From a virus (taxonomy: Duplodnaviria > Caudoviricetes), in IMG/VR virus record IMGVR_UViG_3300017978_000526, positions 1 to 33,747 of that record: DNA of 33,747 nt; one strand, 5' to 3'. Made by a program: the position numbers and the translations under genes. The notes below the pieces were generated by a model. The model saw nothing but the letters and a program-made list of their open reading frames with translations. It ran no database searches and had not been told where the DNA came from. Of this stretch, positions 16,910 through 25,782 are shown one piece after another; the first letter of the stretch is position 1, and the number at the start of each line of letters is the position of its first letter.

Positions 16910-16920
16910 GGTGTTATGAT

Positions 16921-17127
16921 TTACCGAATCGAAATCCTCACCTCCACCGCAGTGGGCACCCGTCCATTCACCGTCGCACCTTCCACGTGCTTCGCGGCGA
17001 TGCGCAATGCCTGGGCGAGATCCGGGGCCACGAGGCTCCCATTCATAGGCAGGGTGGTGGTGGCGATGGCGTCCTTGTGGATGAGCTTGATCCGCAGGCG
17101 GTGCGTAGGGCTTGGTTCTTTTGGCAT
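16921..17127 (-). CDS. Hypothetical protein
   Basis: 68 aa in the early operon. Confidence 0.5.
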   Translation of the reverse strand: MPKEPSPTHRLRIKLIHKDAIATTTLPMNGSLVAPDLAQALRIAAKHVEGATVNGRVPTAVEVRISIR

Positions 17128-17139
17128 GGCTGGTTCTTT

Positions 17140-17168
17140 CTGATAACTGATAACTGATAACTGATAAC
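17140..17168. repeat. Heptamer tandem repeat (CTGATAA)x4
   Basis: Read directly; intergenic. Confidence 0.9.
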
Positions 17169-17172
17169 CGGC

Positions 17173-17736
17173 TTACCTCTCCCAGGGCTCCCGGTAGGGC
17201 AGGCCCACGAACTCGAAAACATCGCGCTCATCGGTCACCTGGTGCACCGCTCCATTCGGGCCGGAGAATCCGGCACCGTAGGGATTCCAGCGCCAGCCCT
17301 TATCCACGGCGGCTTTGGCGATGCGCATGTTGGACTCCTTGGAGCCGGTGCGGCAAACGAGGTAGTTATACCAGGAGCTTTCCACCGTGGCGAAAAAATC
17401 CACCGGCATCCCCGTGGGCAGATGGGTCATGAGTTTGTTTTTGGGGCCGCAGGCAGTGTGGCCGGTTTCCCCTTTGCGGAGTTCGAGCGTGCCGGCATCC
17501 ATCATCTCGCGGATGGCAAGGTCCACCAGATCCACCATTTTTTTCCCGAACATGTCGCCGGGGATTTGGCGCTCCTCGCGGATGGGAATGTATAAAATCT
17601 CGATGTCCCCCACCTCTTGTTTCCGGCGGCGCAAAGAGCCTGCCACGATCACGCGCTCGCAGCCCTCGCCGATTGCCTCCAGGCATTCGCGGCAGACTTT
17701 GAGTGCCAGGGCACGGGGATATCGGGTCTTGCTCAT
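17173..17736 (-). CDS. Minimal family X DNA polymerase (Pol beta-like nucleotidyltransferase)
   Basis: VAGSLRRRKQEVGDIEIL, VDFF, TGSKESN, DERDVFEFVGLPYREPWER. Confidence 0.88.
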   Translation of the reverse strand: MSKTRYPRALALKVCRECLEAIGEGCERVIVAGSLRRRKQEVGDIEILYIPIREERQIPGDMFGKKMVDLVDLAIREMMDAGTLELRKGETGHTACGPKNKLMTHLPTGMPVDFFATVESSWYNYLVCRTGSKESNMRIAKAAVDKGWRWNPYGAGFSGPNGAVHQVTDERDVFEFVGLPYREPWER

Positions 17737-17936
17737 TGGATGGGATAGGTGAGCTGCGGCGTGAGGCTGGCAGCGCGGATGTTTTTGAGTGCTTCCATCA
17801 ACTCCGTGCCGGTGGGCTCGGCAATCAGGAGCTTGGGATCGGAGTCGATGCCATTGAAACGGCGGGCCGTGATGGCAATGGATAGCTCCACATCCGGAGA
17901 GACCATGAGGAAGAGAGTGGTGGCGGGAGTTTGCAT
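17733..17936 (-). CDS. Hypothetical protein
   Basis: Start revised to ATG 17936, tightly packed with neighbours. Confidence 0.5.
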   Translation of the reverse strand: MQTPATTLFLMVSPDVELSIAITARRFNGIDSDPKLLIAEPTGTELMEALKNIRAASLTPQLTYPIQ

Positions 17937-17937
17937 A

Positions 17938-18453
17938 TTAAGAATTGGAAATGGATTCGCACACGCTGCGCCAGTGCTCCCGTCGCTTGGCGTCCCAAAA
18001 GGTTTTCTCCTGGGCGCAATCGTTGGCAGTGCGGTGGAAGTGGGAAAGCAGGCTCTCGATGGATACCATGATGGTATCTGCCCCCACTCGGGCGTGCTCC
18101 ACGTATCCGGCCCAGAGCAGGCGGCGCATGGTGCTGGCACTCAGGCCGATGATGCCCAGGCGTTTCCCGAAATCATCGGTGAGGCGCACCCAGCCAGGAT
18201 AGGGCTCCGGTTGCAGTATATAAGTGCCGGGCTCCTTGCCAGGCATGAGACGGCAAAGCACGTGAGACGGCACCTCGAACTCGGGCAGGCCAGTCACCCA
18301 CACGCCGGGCGCAATCTCGGAAAGGGTCTCCTTGAGGGCGGCAAGGGCACCGCTTGGAGGGGCGGCGGCGAACTCCATTTTCTCCAGGAAGGCAAAGCCT
18401 GCCTGCGCCGCCTCGTGGCGGGTGGGTTTGGGGGGTTCGGTGGCCGTGCTCAT
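17938..18453 (-). CDS. Hypothetical protein
   Basis: 171 aa in the early operon. Confidence 0.6.
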   Translation of the reverse strand: MSTATEPPKPTRHEAAQAGFAFLEKMEFAAAPPSGALAALKETLSEIAPGVWVTGLPEFEVPSHVLCRLMPGKEPGTYILQPEPYPGWVRLTDDFGKRLGIIGLSASTMRRLLWAGYVEHARVGADTIMVSIESLLSHFHRTANDCAQEKTFWDAKRREHWRSVCESISNS

Positions 18454-18492
18454 AAACGCGTTTTAAGAGGGGGGTGGGTGGTTTTGGCACCA

Positions 18493-18945
18493 TTACGCCT
18501 GATCGGCGCTAGGAGCGGAAATAACCTGCCGCGCGCTGCGGCGTGAGGCTATCTCGTGGGCTGCTTGCAGGAGCCGATCCCACCGGAGGCTTTGCTCGGG
18601 TTCCGTGTCTCTCAGATCGGCGATGCGGCGGATGTTGTGGAGCGGGGCAGCATGGGTGAGATGCCAGAGTTCCCCCAGCTCTTGGAGGGTGCGCTCCGGG
18701 TGCAGAGCTTCCAAAAGCGCCATGGCGAATTGGCGCGGCAGCACCACCGCAGCCTCGCGGCTGGTCCGCGTCATGAGTTCATGGATGGAGATGCCAAACT
18801 CCTCTGCCACCGCAGCCAGTGCGGGCATGGCCCAGGAGGCGGCAAGCGGCACCGGCTGGATGGCGGCGCGGTCCCGGCGGAGGATCTCTGCGAGGAGATC
18901 CTCCATGGGCACCTCGCGCAGGAGTTGGGCAATGGCTGCATTCAT
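18493..18945 (-). CDS. DnaA domain IV-like HTH protein
   Basis: VAEEFGISIHELM...VVLPRQFAMAL...TLQELGELW..THAAPLHNIRRI resembles the DnaA C-terminal domain. Confidence 0.7.
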   Translation of the reverse strand: MNAAIAQLLREVPMEDLLAEILRRDRAAIQPVPLAASWAMPALAAVAEEFGISIHELMTRTSREAAVVLPRQFAMALLEALHPERTLQELGELWHLTHAAPLHNIRRIADLRDTEPEQSLRWDRLLQAAHEIASRRSARQVISAPSADQA

Positions 18946-19721
18946 TGGCCGGATTGTTTCTTGTTCCGCTTCTCAGTGTCTCCCCGTCCCTCACGCGCTG
19001 CGATGCGGTTGGTGATGGTCCACAAGAGTTGTTCCAGGCGGCTCGCAGGGAGCTTGATCAGATCGCCAGTATCTTTGAGCACCTCCGCCGGGTTCTTGCG
19101 TTGGGCCACCACCATGAGGTATGCCTCATTGATCACTCCGCCCTTCATGGTCGCGTAGGCAGCCCATTGGCTCTCCTCTACCGTCTGCGGATTCTCCACT
19201 CGGCGGGCATGATGTCCCAGCGCAGTGGCGATGGTGCGGATGATGTGCATACGGCGCTCATCCGTATCATCCTTCTCCTTGCTCCACTTCTGCGGCGCTG
19301 CCTTGGTGCTGGCACCGCGCAAGGTGCGGAAGTGGTTGAGGAGTTTCACATACATCGAGTTGGTGCAATCACTCAGTCCCTCACGCCGCACGCACTTCCA
19401 CACTTGGGCATGTCGCCATACATCATAGGTATCCGTGGTGAGGCCGAGATTGCTCTCATGCTTCCAGGCGCTGGTGCCCTCCACTTGCAGACTCTTGATC
19501 TGGCCCCGGCTCAGTGGCTTGTCCGTGTTCTTGTTTGCCTTGGTGAGCTTGCGGTCACTGTCTCCGCCCTTCTTGTAGCAGCGGATGAACTCCCAGCCGC
19601 TCGCATCGCACACGGCGCGGGCCGTGTCGTGGTCCATGGTGGGAAACTCGAACGATGGGTTGCCTGCCTCGCGGGCCTCGCAGATGTATTCCATCGGGTA
19701 TTCGTCGTGCGTGGTGTTCAT
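18942..19721 (-). CDS. Hypothetical protein, loosely GemA/gp16-like
   Basis: LSRGQIKSL...LGLTTDTYDVWR...LSDCT...KLLNHF pattern; start revised to ATG 19721 (ATGA overlap). Confidence 0.45.
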   Translation of the reverse strand: MNTTHDEYPMEYICEAREAGNPSFEFPTMDHDTARAVCDASGWEFIRCYKKGGDSDRKLTKANKNTDKPLSRGQIKSLQVEGTSAWKHESNLGLTTDTYDVWRHAQVWKCVRREGLSDCTNSMYVKLLNHFRTLRGASTKAAPQKWSKEKDDTDERRMHIIRTIATALGHHARRVENPQTVEESQWAAYATMKGGVINEAYLMVVAQRKNPAEVLKDTGDLIKLPASRLEQLLWTITNRIAAREGRGDTEKRNKKQSGQ

Positions 19722-20248
19722 TGGGCGCGGGAGTGAGCTTTGGTGAAAGGGAGGGTTTCCAGAGGGCGCAGCATCATCGCGTCGATCTCTGCCATCTTGG
19801 CATCGCGCAATGCCTGGCGGCCGGCATCGGTGATCGCCCATTCGTCATCGGCGAAATCCAACTCGGATTCCACGTAGTGCTCGGCATCCTCGAATCCATC
19901 CGAGTAGCCATCTTTATATCCTGTGGCAAAGCCGATCACCATGGCACATGCCACGAAGACGAAGCCGATGAGCAAGATCCAGCCGAATGCCTGGGAGTCG
20001 ATCACTGGCAGGCCAGTGGCCATCAATGGCAAGGCGAAGCACGTATCTTTGCCGGTCGGCATGGTTTGACCAGGCACACGGCCTCCACGAGTGTTCCACT
20101 TTTTCATGGCGGTGGTGGCTGTCTTGCCTTCCACGCGCGCACCGCACTTTTCGATGCGGCAGCGGACATACCAGGTGTGGGGCTCGCCTTGTTGGACGTT
20201 AAAAAGCGGGTTTGGTTTTCCGCAGAATGGACAGTTTAGAAGAGTCAT
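19718..20248 (-). CDS. Lar-like (restriction alleviation) Zn-finger fused to a membrane segment
   Basis: LLNCPFCG...YVRCRIEKCGA...AMKKWNTR followed by hydrophobic FGWILLIGFVFVACAMVIGFA; start ATG 20248. Confidence 0.65.
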   Translation of the reverse strand: MTLLNCPFCGKPNPLFNVQQGEPHTWYVRCRIEKCGARVEGKTATTAMKKWNTRGGRVPGQTMPTGKDTCFALPLMATGLPVIDSQAFGWILLIGFVFVACAMVIGFATGYKDGYSDGFEDAEHYVESELDFADDEWAITDAGRQALRDAKMAEIDAMMLRPLETLPFTKAHSRAQ

Positions 20249-20282
20249 GGTTCGCGTTTTTTTTAGGGTTGAGTGATGGGTT

Positions 20283-20834
20283 TCAGTCCTTGGCAACGGT
20301 GGCCTCGGCCTTGGCGGCTTGGGCCACGGCCTTGCCCATGTCTGGCTTGGCGGGCTTGATGGTGCATGTCTCGCTCTCCACTCGCTTGATGCGCAGGCGT
20401 TCGAGTTCCTTGTCATCCAGCTTCTCCAGGGCTTCCAGCACCAGGCGCTTTTCATTCTTCAGGAATGGCAGTCCCTCTTGCCCGAGTTGTTCCAGGAGCA
20501 CGATGGATACCTCTTCATTGGCCACGCTCAGCTTGGTGCTCTTGCGGAATGCCACGGAGCCGTAAGGCGTCTTGAGGCTGCGGGACTTGGCAAACCACTG
20601 AGGGTTGGTCTCGGCAAGGAATCGAATGCCTTCCTCCGTCTGGCCAATCGCGGCTTGGAGCTTGGCGTAGTCCTTGCGGCGGGCATCTACGAGGTCCAGC
20701 CAGGCTTGATGCAGATCGTTTTCCAGCTCATCCATGCGGGCGGTGGCCTCGGCAAAGATGGCCATGAGATCGATCAGGTTTTTATAGTCCGGGGCATCGG
20801 CCACTTGGGCGTTGGTGTTGGTTTTGGCACTCAT
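20283..20834 (-). CDS. gam: Mu Gam-like host nuclease inhibitor
   Basis: Coiled coil then WFAKSRSLKTPYGSVAFRKSTKL; start revised to ATG 20834. Confidence 0.8.
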   Translation of the reverse strand: MSAKTNTNAQVADAPDYKNLIDLMAIFAEATARMDELENDLHQAWLDLVDARRKDYAKLQAAIGQTEEGIRFLAETNPQWFAKSRSLKTPYGSVAFRKSTKLSVANEEVSIVLLEQLGQEGLPFLKNEKRLVLEALEKLDDKELERLRIKRVESETCTIKPAKPDMGKAVAQAAKAEATVAKD

Positions 20835-20884
20835 GATAGATAGGTGGTGGGGTGTTGTTGTTTGGTGGTTTGGTTGGGTGAGAT

Positions 20885-21133
20885 TCAGCGATTGTTTTTG
20901 TATCGGGAGAGGCGGCGGCGGGTTTGATCCAGCGTCTCGCACTCGCTGCGGAGGCGGTAGAGTTCCACTCCGCTGCCGTCCTTGGTGCGCATGGAGACGG
21001 TGCGGGCTCCGGTTTCGCGGAGGTAGTCGCAGAGGCGCAGGAAGAGCGCCTCCTCGGCATCCACAAATGGCCCGGCGATGCAGCGCCAGCGGATGCCGAT
21101 TCCGGGGGTGTATTGTTCCTGGGCAAGGATCAT
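20885..21133 (-). CDS. Hypothetical protein
   Basis: 82 aa between the B-like gene and gam. Confidence 0.5.
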   Translation of the reverse strand: MILAQEQYTPGIGIRWRCIAGPFVDAEEALFLRLCDYLRETGARTVSMRTKDGSGVELYRLRSECETLDQTRRRLSRYKNNR

Positions 21134-21159
21134 GGTTCGGGTGTGGAGTGGATGGGTTC

Positions 21160-22197
21160 TCAGGCGATCTCGCGGGCGGCTGCTTGACCGGCATGGAGCA
21201 TCTCCGCATCGGTGGGCTCGGTGATGCCGTTGGTGTGGAGCTGGTCCACCACGCGGCGGAGATAGGACCAGTGGCCGCAGTGGCGGGCGGTCTCCACCAG
21301 ATGGTTTAGGGTGTTTTCCTTCCAGGCACTTTCCATCCCGAGACGGCGACTCAGGAACTCCCTTGCTCCATCCTTGTTTGGGCCGCCGAGTTTTACTCTT
21401 TGGAAAAGCCGGTTATGGATGAGCTGCTTGGCCTCCTCGCTCGCTGCCGTGCGCAGCTTCTCAAACAAGGTGGACATGCCCGCCAGGATGAGGAGCATCT
21501 CCGTTTCGTTGAGGAGGGACTTGAAGAGATTCAGCACCGTGCCGGAAACGTGGTGAGCCTCATCGATCGCAATCACGATCCGGCCCTTGCCCTTGATGGT
21601 GGAGATGAGGGTTTCCATCATCTCGCCCGTCACGCTCGGGATCTTGGCCTCGCTCAGTCCCAGGGCACGGAGCATGGAGCGCATGGCCACTCTCTGGCTT
21701 TTCCATGCTTCGTTCGCATCCATCCGATAGATGGAGCTACCAGAGGCGGCGGAAACGCTCAGGAGATCGAGCGAGGATGTCTTGCCGCTTCCACTGCCAC
21801 CTTCGATGAGGATCATGCGATCCTTGCCGTGATGGTGCATGAGGCGCAGCGTGGCCAACGTCACCTCTTGGGCTCCGCCGAGGTCATCATATAACTCCTC
21901 GGCGGCACGCTTGCGGCTTTGTGCCTGGACGGCTGCCAGCACTCCACGGTAGTCTGTGAGCTTGGCGGCGATGTTGATGCCGTCCATGTCGGTGCGGAGG
22001 ATCTTGCTCCAGGTCTTTTGAGATCCGAGTGCTGGCCACTCGCGCACCCAGGCATTTTCCGAGGGCACCGGGCGCAATGTCCGGCGATAGCTTTCAAGGT
22101 TTCCGGCCACTTCGCGCAGCTGGGTCTTGAGGGATTCTTGAGCCTCTGCTTGTTCCGCTTGGAATTCGGGGTGTGATATTTCTATGAATGGATTCAT
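21160..22197 (-). CDS. MuB-like AAA+ transposition ATPase
   Basis: Walker A GGSGSGKTS, Walker B IAIDEAHH; downstream of the transposase. Confidence 0.88.
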   Translation of the reverse strand: MNPFIEISHPEFQAEQAEAQESLKTQLREVAGNLESYRRTLRPVPSENAWVREWPALGSQKTWSKILRTDMDGINIAAKLTDYRGVLAAVQAQSRKRAAEELYDDLGGAQEVTLATLRLMHHHGKDRMILIEGGSGSGKTSSLDLLSVSAASGSSIYRMDANEAWKSQRVAMRSMLRALGLSEAKIPSVTGEMMETLISTIKGKGRIVIAIDEAHHVSGTVLNLFKSLLNETEMLLILAGMSTLFEKLRTAASEEAKQLIHNRLFQRVKLGGPNKDGAREFLSRRLGMESAWKENTLNHLVETARHCGHWSYLRRVVDQLHTNGITEPTDAEMLHAGQAAAREIA

Positions 22198-22231
22198 GGT
22201 TTCGCGTTTTGGTTAGGGTCGGTGATGGGTG

Positions 22232-22465
22232 TTAGCTTTCCATCCAGATCGCCAGTTGTTGGCCGATCTTGGAAAACTTGCCTTCGAGTTCACTGATAAG
22301 ATCCAGCGCATCGTCTGCGGCGTTCTTGGCCATGTGCATATTGCCAAGCTCGGCATCATTGGTGGCCTCACGTAGCAGGCCCAAGGCACTGCCGATGTCT
22401 TCGATGGTATCCGCAAGCTCGCTGCGGATGGCTTTGGGCACTTCTGCCTCTGTGTTGGTTATCAT
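22232..22465 (-). CDS. Hypothetical protein
   Basis: Helical ORF; ATG 22465 has the same leader as the B-like gene (alternative start 22495). Confidence 0.55.
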   Translation of the reverse strand: MITNTEAEVPKAIRSELADTIEDIGSALGLLREATNDAELGNMHMAKNAADDALDLISELEGKFSKIGQQLAIWMES

Positions 22466-22491
22466 GGTTTCGCGTTTTGGTGTTGGGTGAT

Positions 22492-24288
22492 TCATGCTTC
22501 TTCCAAAGCTGCTTGCAGGCGGCGGATCTCGGCGGCGGCATCCACTGGCATGGCGCGGGATGAGATAGCGGGCATGATCTCGCGGCTCGGGCGGATGGAG
22601 CGGATGCTATCCGGAATGGCTCCCACTTCCGCAGCGGGTGCGGTGCTCTCGTGGCGTTCCAAGTCACCGGCCTTGGCGATGCCGCCAGCGCCATTCATGG
22701 CCACTGCCTCGCGGGTGCCGGAGGGTTGCGGCATGCCTGCGGCGGCACGGATGGCGCGGAAGGTAGTCGCTGCTGCAGCGCTTGCCTTCTTCCGCACGAT
22801 CATGTGCGGCGTGAGGATCGAACTGGCATTGAACTGCGGGGCCAGTCCCATCTCCGGCGCGCAGGGGATGAGCACCTCGCCCATGCGCCAGCCATTGCGG
22901 TTGCGCGCGGAGCGGTCGCCATTGCAGACCCAAGCGCCGAGATCGGGCCGGGCCGGATCGTAGGCAATGAGCACCTGGTGGCCGTTCTCAAAATGGATGC
23001 CATCCCGCACGCCGTTGAGTTTGAAATACATCTTGGGCCAGCCATTGCCGGGGCTCACGTTCACCGTGCCGGCACGCACGGTGCGTTGGCACTTGTAGGG
23101 GCGGAAATACCACTCTTGCGAGGGGTGGAGCGGGCTCGTATGCCAGCCCAAGCGGGCTACCAGATCATCCGGGGAGACTCGCTCATTGAGATGCTCGCGC
23201 ATCATCGGGTTGGAGTTGATTTTGCAGGCTGCTTCCTCGTGTAAAATCGAAGACTTTTCCTGTGGAAGGAAGCCCAGCGTCAAGGGGTCCACCCCTGTGG
23301 CTTGTGCTTGGCGCAGGCGCCGGGTGGCCTCCTCGAACTCGCCACGGCTGCGGCCAATATCCGTGCCTGTGTGGCCAAGCCAGCGTTGGAGCACATTGAA
23401 TCCGCCCTCAATCCCACCTTTGCCTTTGGATTTGAAAACGTGGTCAATGAGCATGATATCCCTCAAGTCCCCCCAGCGTCCGGACATGCCTTGCACTTCG
23501 ATTCCATGCACTGCGGTGCCTTCCCAAGATCCGCGCTCCAGGCGCAGGCGGCGGGGCAGGCCCCACGCACGCACCAGCCGCGCGATGTAGCGCACAATGT
23601 CCTCGCCACGGTAGGCATCACGCTCGCGGCCGATGTGATCGAACCCGAGCCAACGGGCGGCAGCCAGGTCACGAGCGGCGAGCACCTGGCGGCCAAGCAT
23701 TAACTCGCCCGGGGCAGGGTCACGGAAAACATAAGGTTGGTTTGCGGAATAGTCATCGAGTTCCCATGTCTCGCCTGGAAGGATCTCGCGGTGCGTGCCA
23801 TCGGCGAGGATCTCATACATGCCCCGGCGCGTGATCATCTCCGTTTGTTGGGCATGCTTTGAGCCTCTATGTAAAGCCTTCTCCTCTGCCGTTACCCGGA
23901 ATGCGCGGCGAACACTCTCAGGCCAGTCTTCTTTCCGTCCGTGGATGAGTGCCTTTTCCCGAATTCTTTCGATAACTTCGCGGATCTCCGGGCGCACACG
24001 TTCATCATGGGCAAAGAAGTAGGCCGCTACGTTTAGGCTTTCCTTGGTGCTTCGATAGAAACGAGCTAAGCCGATCTCCAGTTCGTTGGGATCAAAAACA
24101 ACCGGGCGGCCTGTGGCCTTGGGCGTGAGTGCCTCATCCACATCCCCACCGCACTCCGCCACGCGGGCAAGCCAGCGGGCGAGGGTAGCATTGGGCACTC
24201 CCAAGCGGCTCGCTGCTTTCTTGCAGCTGAGGCCGTTGGTGGTGAGTTCCAGAGCGAGGATGAGTTTGGATCGTTCCATGGGTTCCAT
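22492..24288 (-). CDS. MuA-like DDE transposase
   Basis: N-terminal HTH; WELDD...WGLPRRLRLERG...KGGIEGGF core; C-terminal YDPARPD; context. Confidence 0.85.
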   Translation of the reverse strand: MEPMERSKLILALELTTNGLSCKKAASRLGVPNATLARWLARVAECGGDVDEALTPKATGRPVVFDPNELEIGLARFYRSTKESLNVAAYFFAHDERVRPEIREVIERIREKALIHGRKEDWPESVRRAFRVTAEEKALHRGSKHAQQTEMITRRGMYEILADGTHREILPGETWELDDYSANQPYVFRDPAPGELMLGRQVLAARDLAAARWLGFDHIGRERDAYRGEDIVRYIARLVRAWGLPRRLRLERGSWEGTAVHGIEVQGMSGRWGDLRDIMLIDHVFKSKGKGGIEGGFNVLQRWLGHTGTDIGRSRGEFEEATRRLRQAQATGVDPLTLGFLPQEKSSILHEEAACKINSNPMMREHLNERVSPDDLVARLGWHTSPLHPSQEWYFRPYKCQRTVRAGTVNVSPGNGWPKMYFKLNGVRDGIHFENGHQVLIAYDPARPDLGAWVCNGDRSARNRNGWRMGEVLIPCAPEMGLAPQFNASSILTPHMIVRKKASAAAATTFRAIRAAAGMPQPSGTREAVAMNGAGGIAKAGDLERHESTAPAAEVGAIPDSIRSIRPSREIMPAISSRAMPVDAAAEIRRLQAALEEA

Positions 24289-24323
24289 GAGGATTGGATT
24301 GGGGGATGCCGCGTTTTCAGTTA

Positions 24324-24536
24324 TTATTTCTCAACGGGCGGGGTGAATTTGACCTTCACTAGCTTCAGCTTGCAGCCCGGCCATTTTTCCATGCTGCGCA
24401 TCGCACTCTTGGCATAGATGCGGTCGTATTGCTTCCAGAGGGTAGGAGCGGAACCCGGCCCCAAAGATGCAAAGCCTGTTGATCCATCGGCATAGGACTT
24501 TTTGATGGCCCACCAGAATTGATTCCCGCGCTTCAC
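24324..24536 (-). CDS. Hypothetical protein
   Basis: 70 aa, overlapping the upstream stop. Confidence 0.5.
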   Translation of the reverse strand: MKRGNQFWWAIKKSYADGSTGFASLGPGSAPTLWKQYDRIYAKSAMRSMEKWPGCKLKLVKVKFTPPVEK

Positions 24537-25603
24537 TCCTCACCTCCGTTGTTGATGGTTTCGATAAGCGTTTTGCGGAATTCCTCCGGTGCCTCGCTGA
24601 TAGCATTTGCGGCGCGGGTAGTTATTTCCTTTCTCCCCTCGCTGGGCATGGTCTCCCAAAATTTGAGTGAGGTGCTCATGGATGTCCAAACCTTGAGGGC
24701 TGTTTCTACTCGCTCCTGGGCAATGCGCGCCTTGGCTTGCTCCTCTGTTTCCGGCTCCTCATCGGGCTCCTTACCGGTGGCCATAAATCCCTCAATGCCA
24801 GCTAACAACTTCTCAAGCCCGGCACCTACCCAAATCGCATCCTCGAACTTTTTGCGGATATCTCCACGGCTTTCAAAAATGCGGAAAATCTTCACTGCGT
24901 ATTCCACAAGGCGCGGGCTAACCCCAGCGCGTTTTGCAAGGGCGGCGCACGATCCTTCCTGTTGGAGCAAACCGCATTCGCTGCGGTTTGCTCGCCTATC
25001 CCCACCTCGGGTTTGAGCTGCCACCTCCGGCTCCATGAGCACGGCGAGGTAAGCACGCGCACCCTTGGACATGTGGCGGCGGGTGACGGCATCCATGATG
25101 ATGGGCACTACATCCGCCTCCTTAACGATCTCGCAGGGGATGCCATCGGTAGCCAACTTGCGGGCGATGGCCTCGCGCTCAGGCTCGGCATAACTCATCT
25201 TGGCCACCTGCGCAGCCGCCTCATAGCGGTGCCGACCATCTGCGATCTGGTAGCCCTTGGGCGTCAAAACAACCTTGATTTTATCCCGCACTCCGACCCG
25301 TGAAACTGATTCCACAAGCGCCTCGAAATCATGGGCCATTTCCTCCGCTGCGGCCTTGTGAGCTGCGCGGCTTTTTCCCTGGGCATTGCCAAGTTTGGTT
25401 TCCCGTTCGATCAGCGCAGGCAGCATGGCCACACGCTTGAGCAGGGGATGAAATTTAAGATCGGTTAGGGGAATAAGCACGGTCCTCCGATTGCTCAGCT
25501 GGGCCTTGTATGCTTTGGGTGATGCCGCAGCTTTTTGCTCGCGGGCCTGCGCTGCTTTCTTTGCGCGGCTCACATATTTGATTGGTGTTTGGGCAGTGCT
25601 CAC
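24533..25603 (-). CDS. ParB/Srx-like domain protein with HTH
   Basis: LVESVSRVGVRDKIKV...IADGRHRYEAA; later LAKRAGVSPRLVE. Confidence 0.75.
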   Translation of the reverse strand: MSTAQTPIKYVSRAKKAAQAREQKAAASPKAYKAQLSNRRTVLIPLTDLKFHPLLKRVAMLPALIERETKLGNAQGKSRAAHKAAAEEMAHDFEALVESVSRVGVRDKIKVVLTPKGYQIADGRHRYEAAAQVAKMSYAEPEREAIARKLATDGIPCEIVKEADVVPIIMDAVTRRHMSKGARAYLAVLMEPEVAAQTRGGDRRANRSECGLLQQEGSCAALAKRAGVSPRLVEYAVKIFRIFESRGDIRKKFEDAIWVGAGLEKLLAGIEGFMATGKEPDEEPETEEQAKARIAQERVETALKVWTSMSTSLKFWETMPSEGRKEITTRAANAISEAPEEFRKTLIETINNGGEE

Positions 25604-25782
25604 AGCGCACCTCCCGTGGTGAGAATTTTCACGGCATGCCGGATGCCCGATGCCTTGTTGCGGAGAGCCGCGCCCGTCTCATACATGCCGTTTTGCGCAG
25701 CTACCTTGGCAGCAGCCTCCATTTCTTCGGCGTCGAGATTCAATGCCGCTATCGCAGCGGCGGTTTGTTCGGCGGTGATCAC
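25600..25782 (-). CDS. Hypothetical protein
   Basis: 60 aa with overlaps at both ends. Confidence 0.5.
   Translation of the reverse strand: MITAEQTAAAIAALNLDAEEMEAAAKVAAQNGMYETGAALRNKASGIRHAVKILTTGGAL

Larger units (their letters stand above)
12899..16920 (+). mobile_element. Integron-like gene cassette array (8 cassettes)
   Basis: Crossover G|TT at 12899, 13251, 13595, 14184, 15055, 15717, 15983, 16334; attC hairpins listed separately. Confidence 0.88.

Noticed and set aside
20283-21209. 308 aa Gam ORF and other extended starts in the ORF track (7695, 1525, 19841, 20455, 31566)
   Set aside because: The extensions overlap neighbouring genes or hairpins; shorter coupled ATG starts fit better.
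20249-22480. AAAACGCGAAA resembling Mu end MuA-binding sites
   Set aside because: Copies are internal, single and tied to start codons rather than clustered at termini; kept only as a leader motif.
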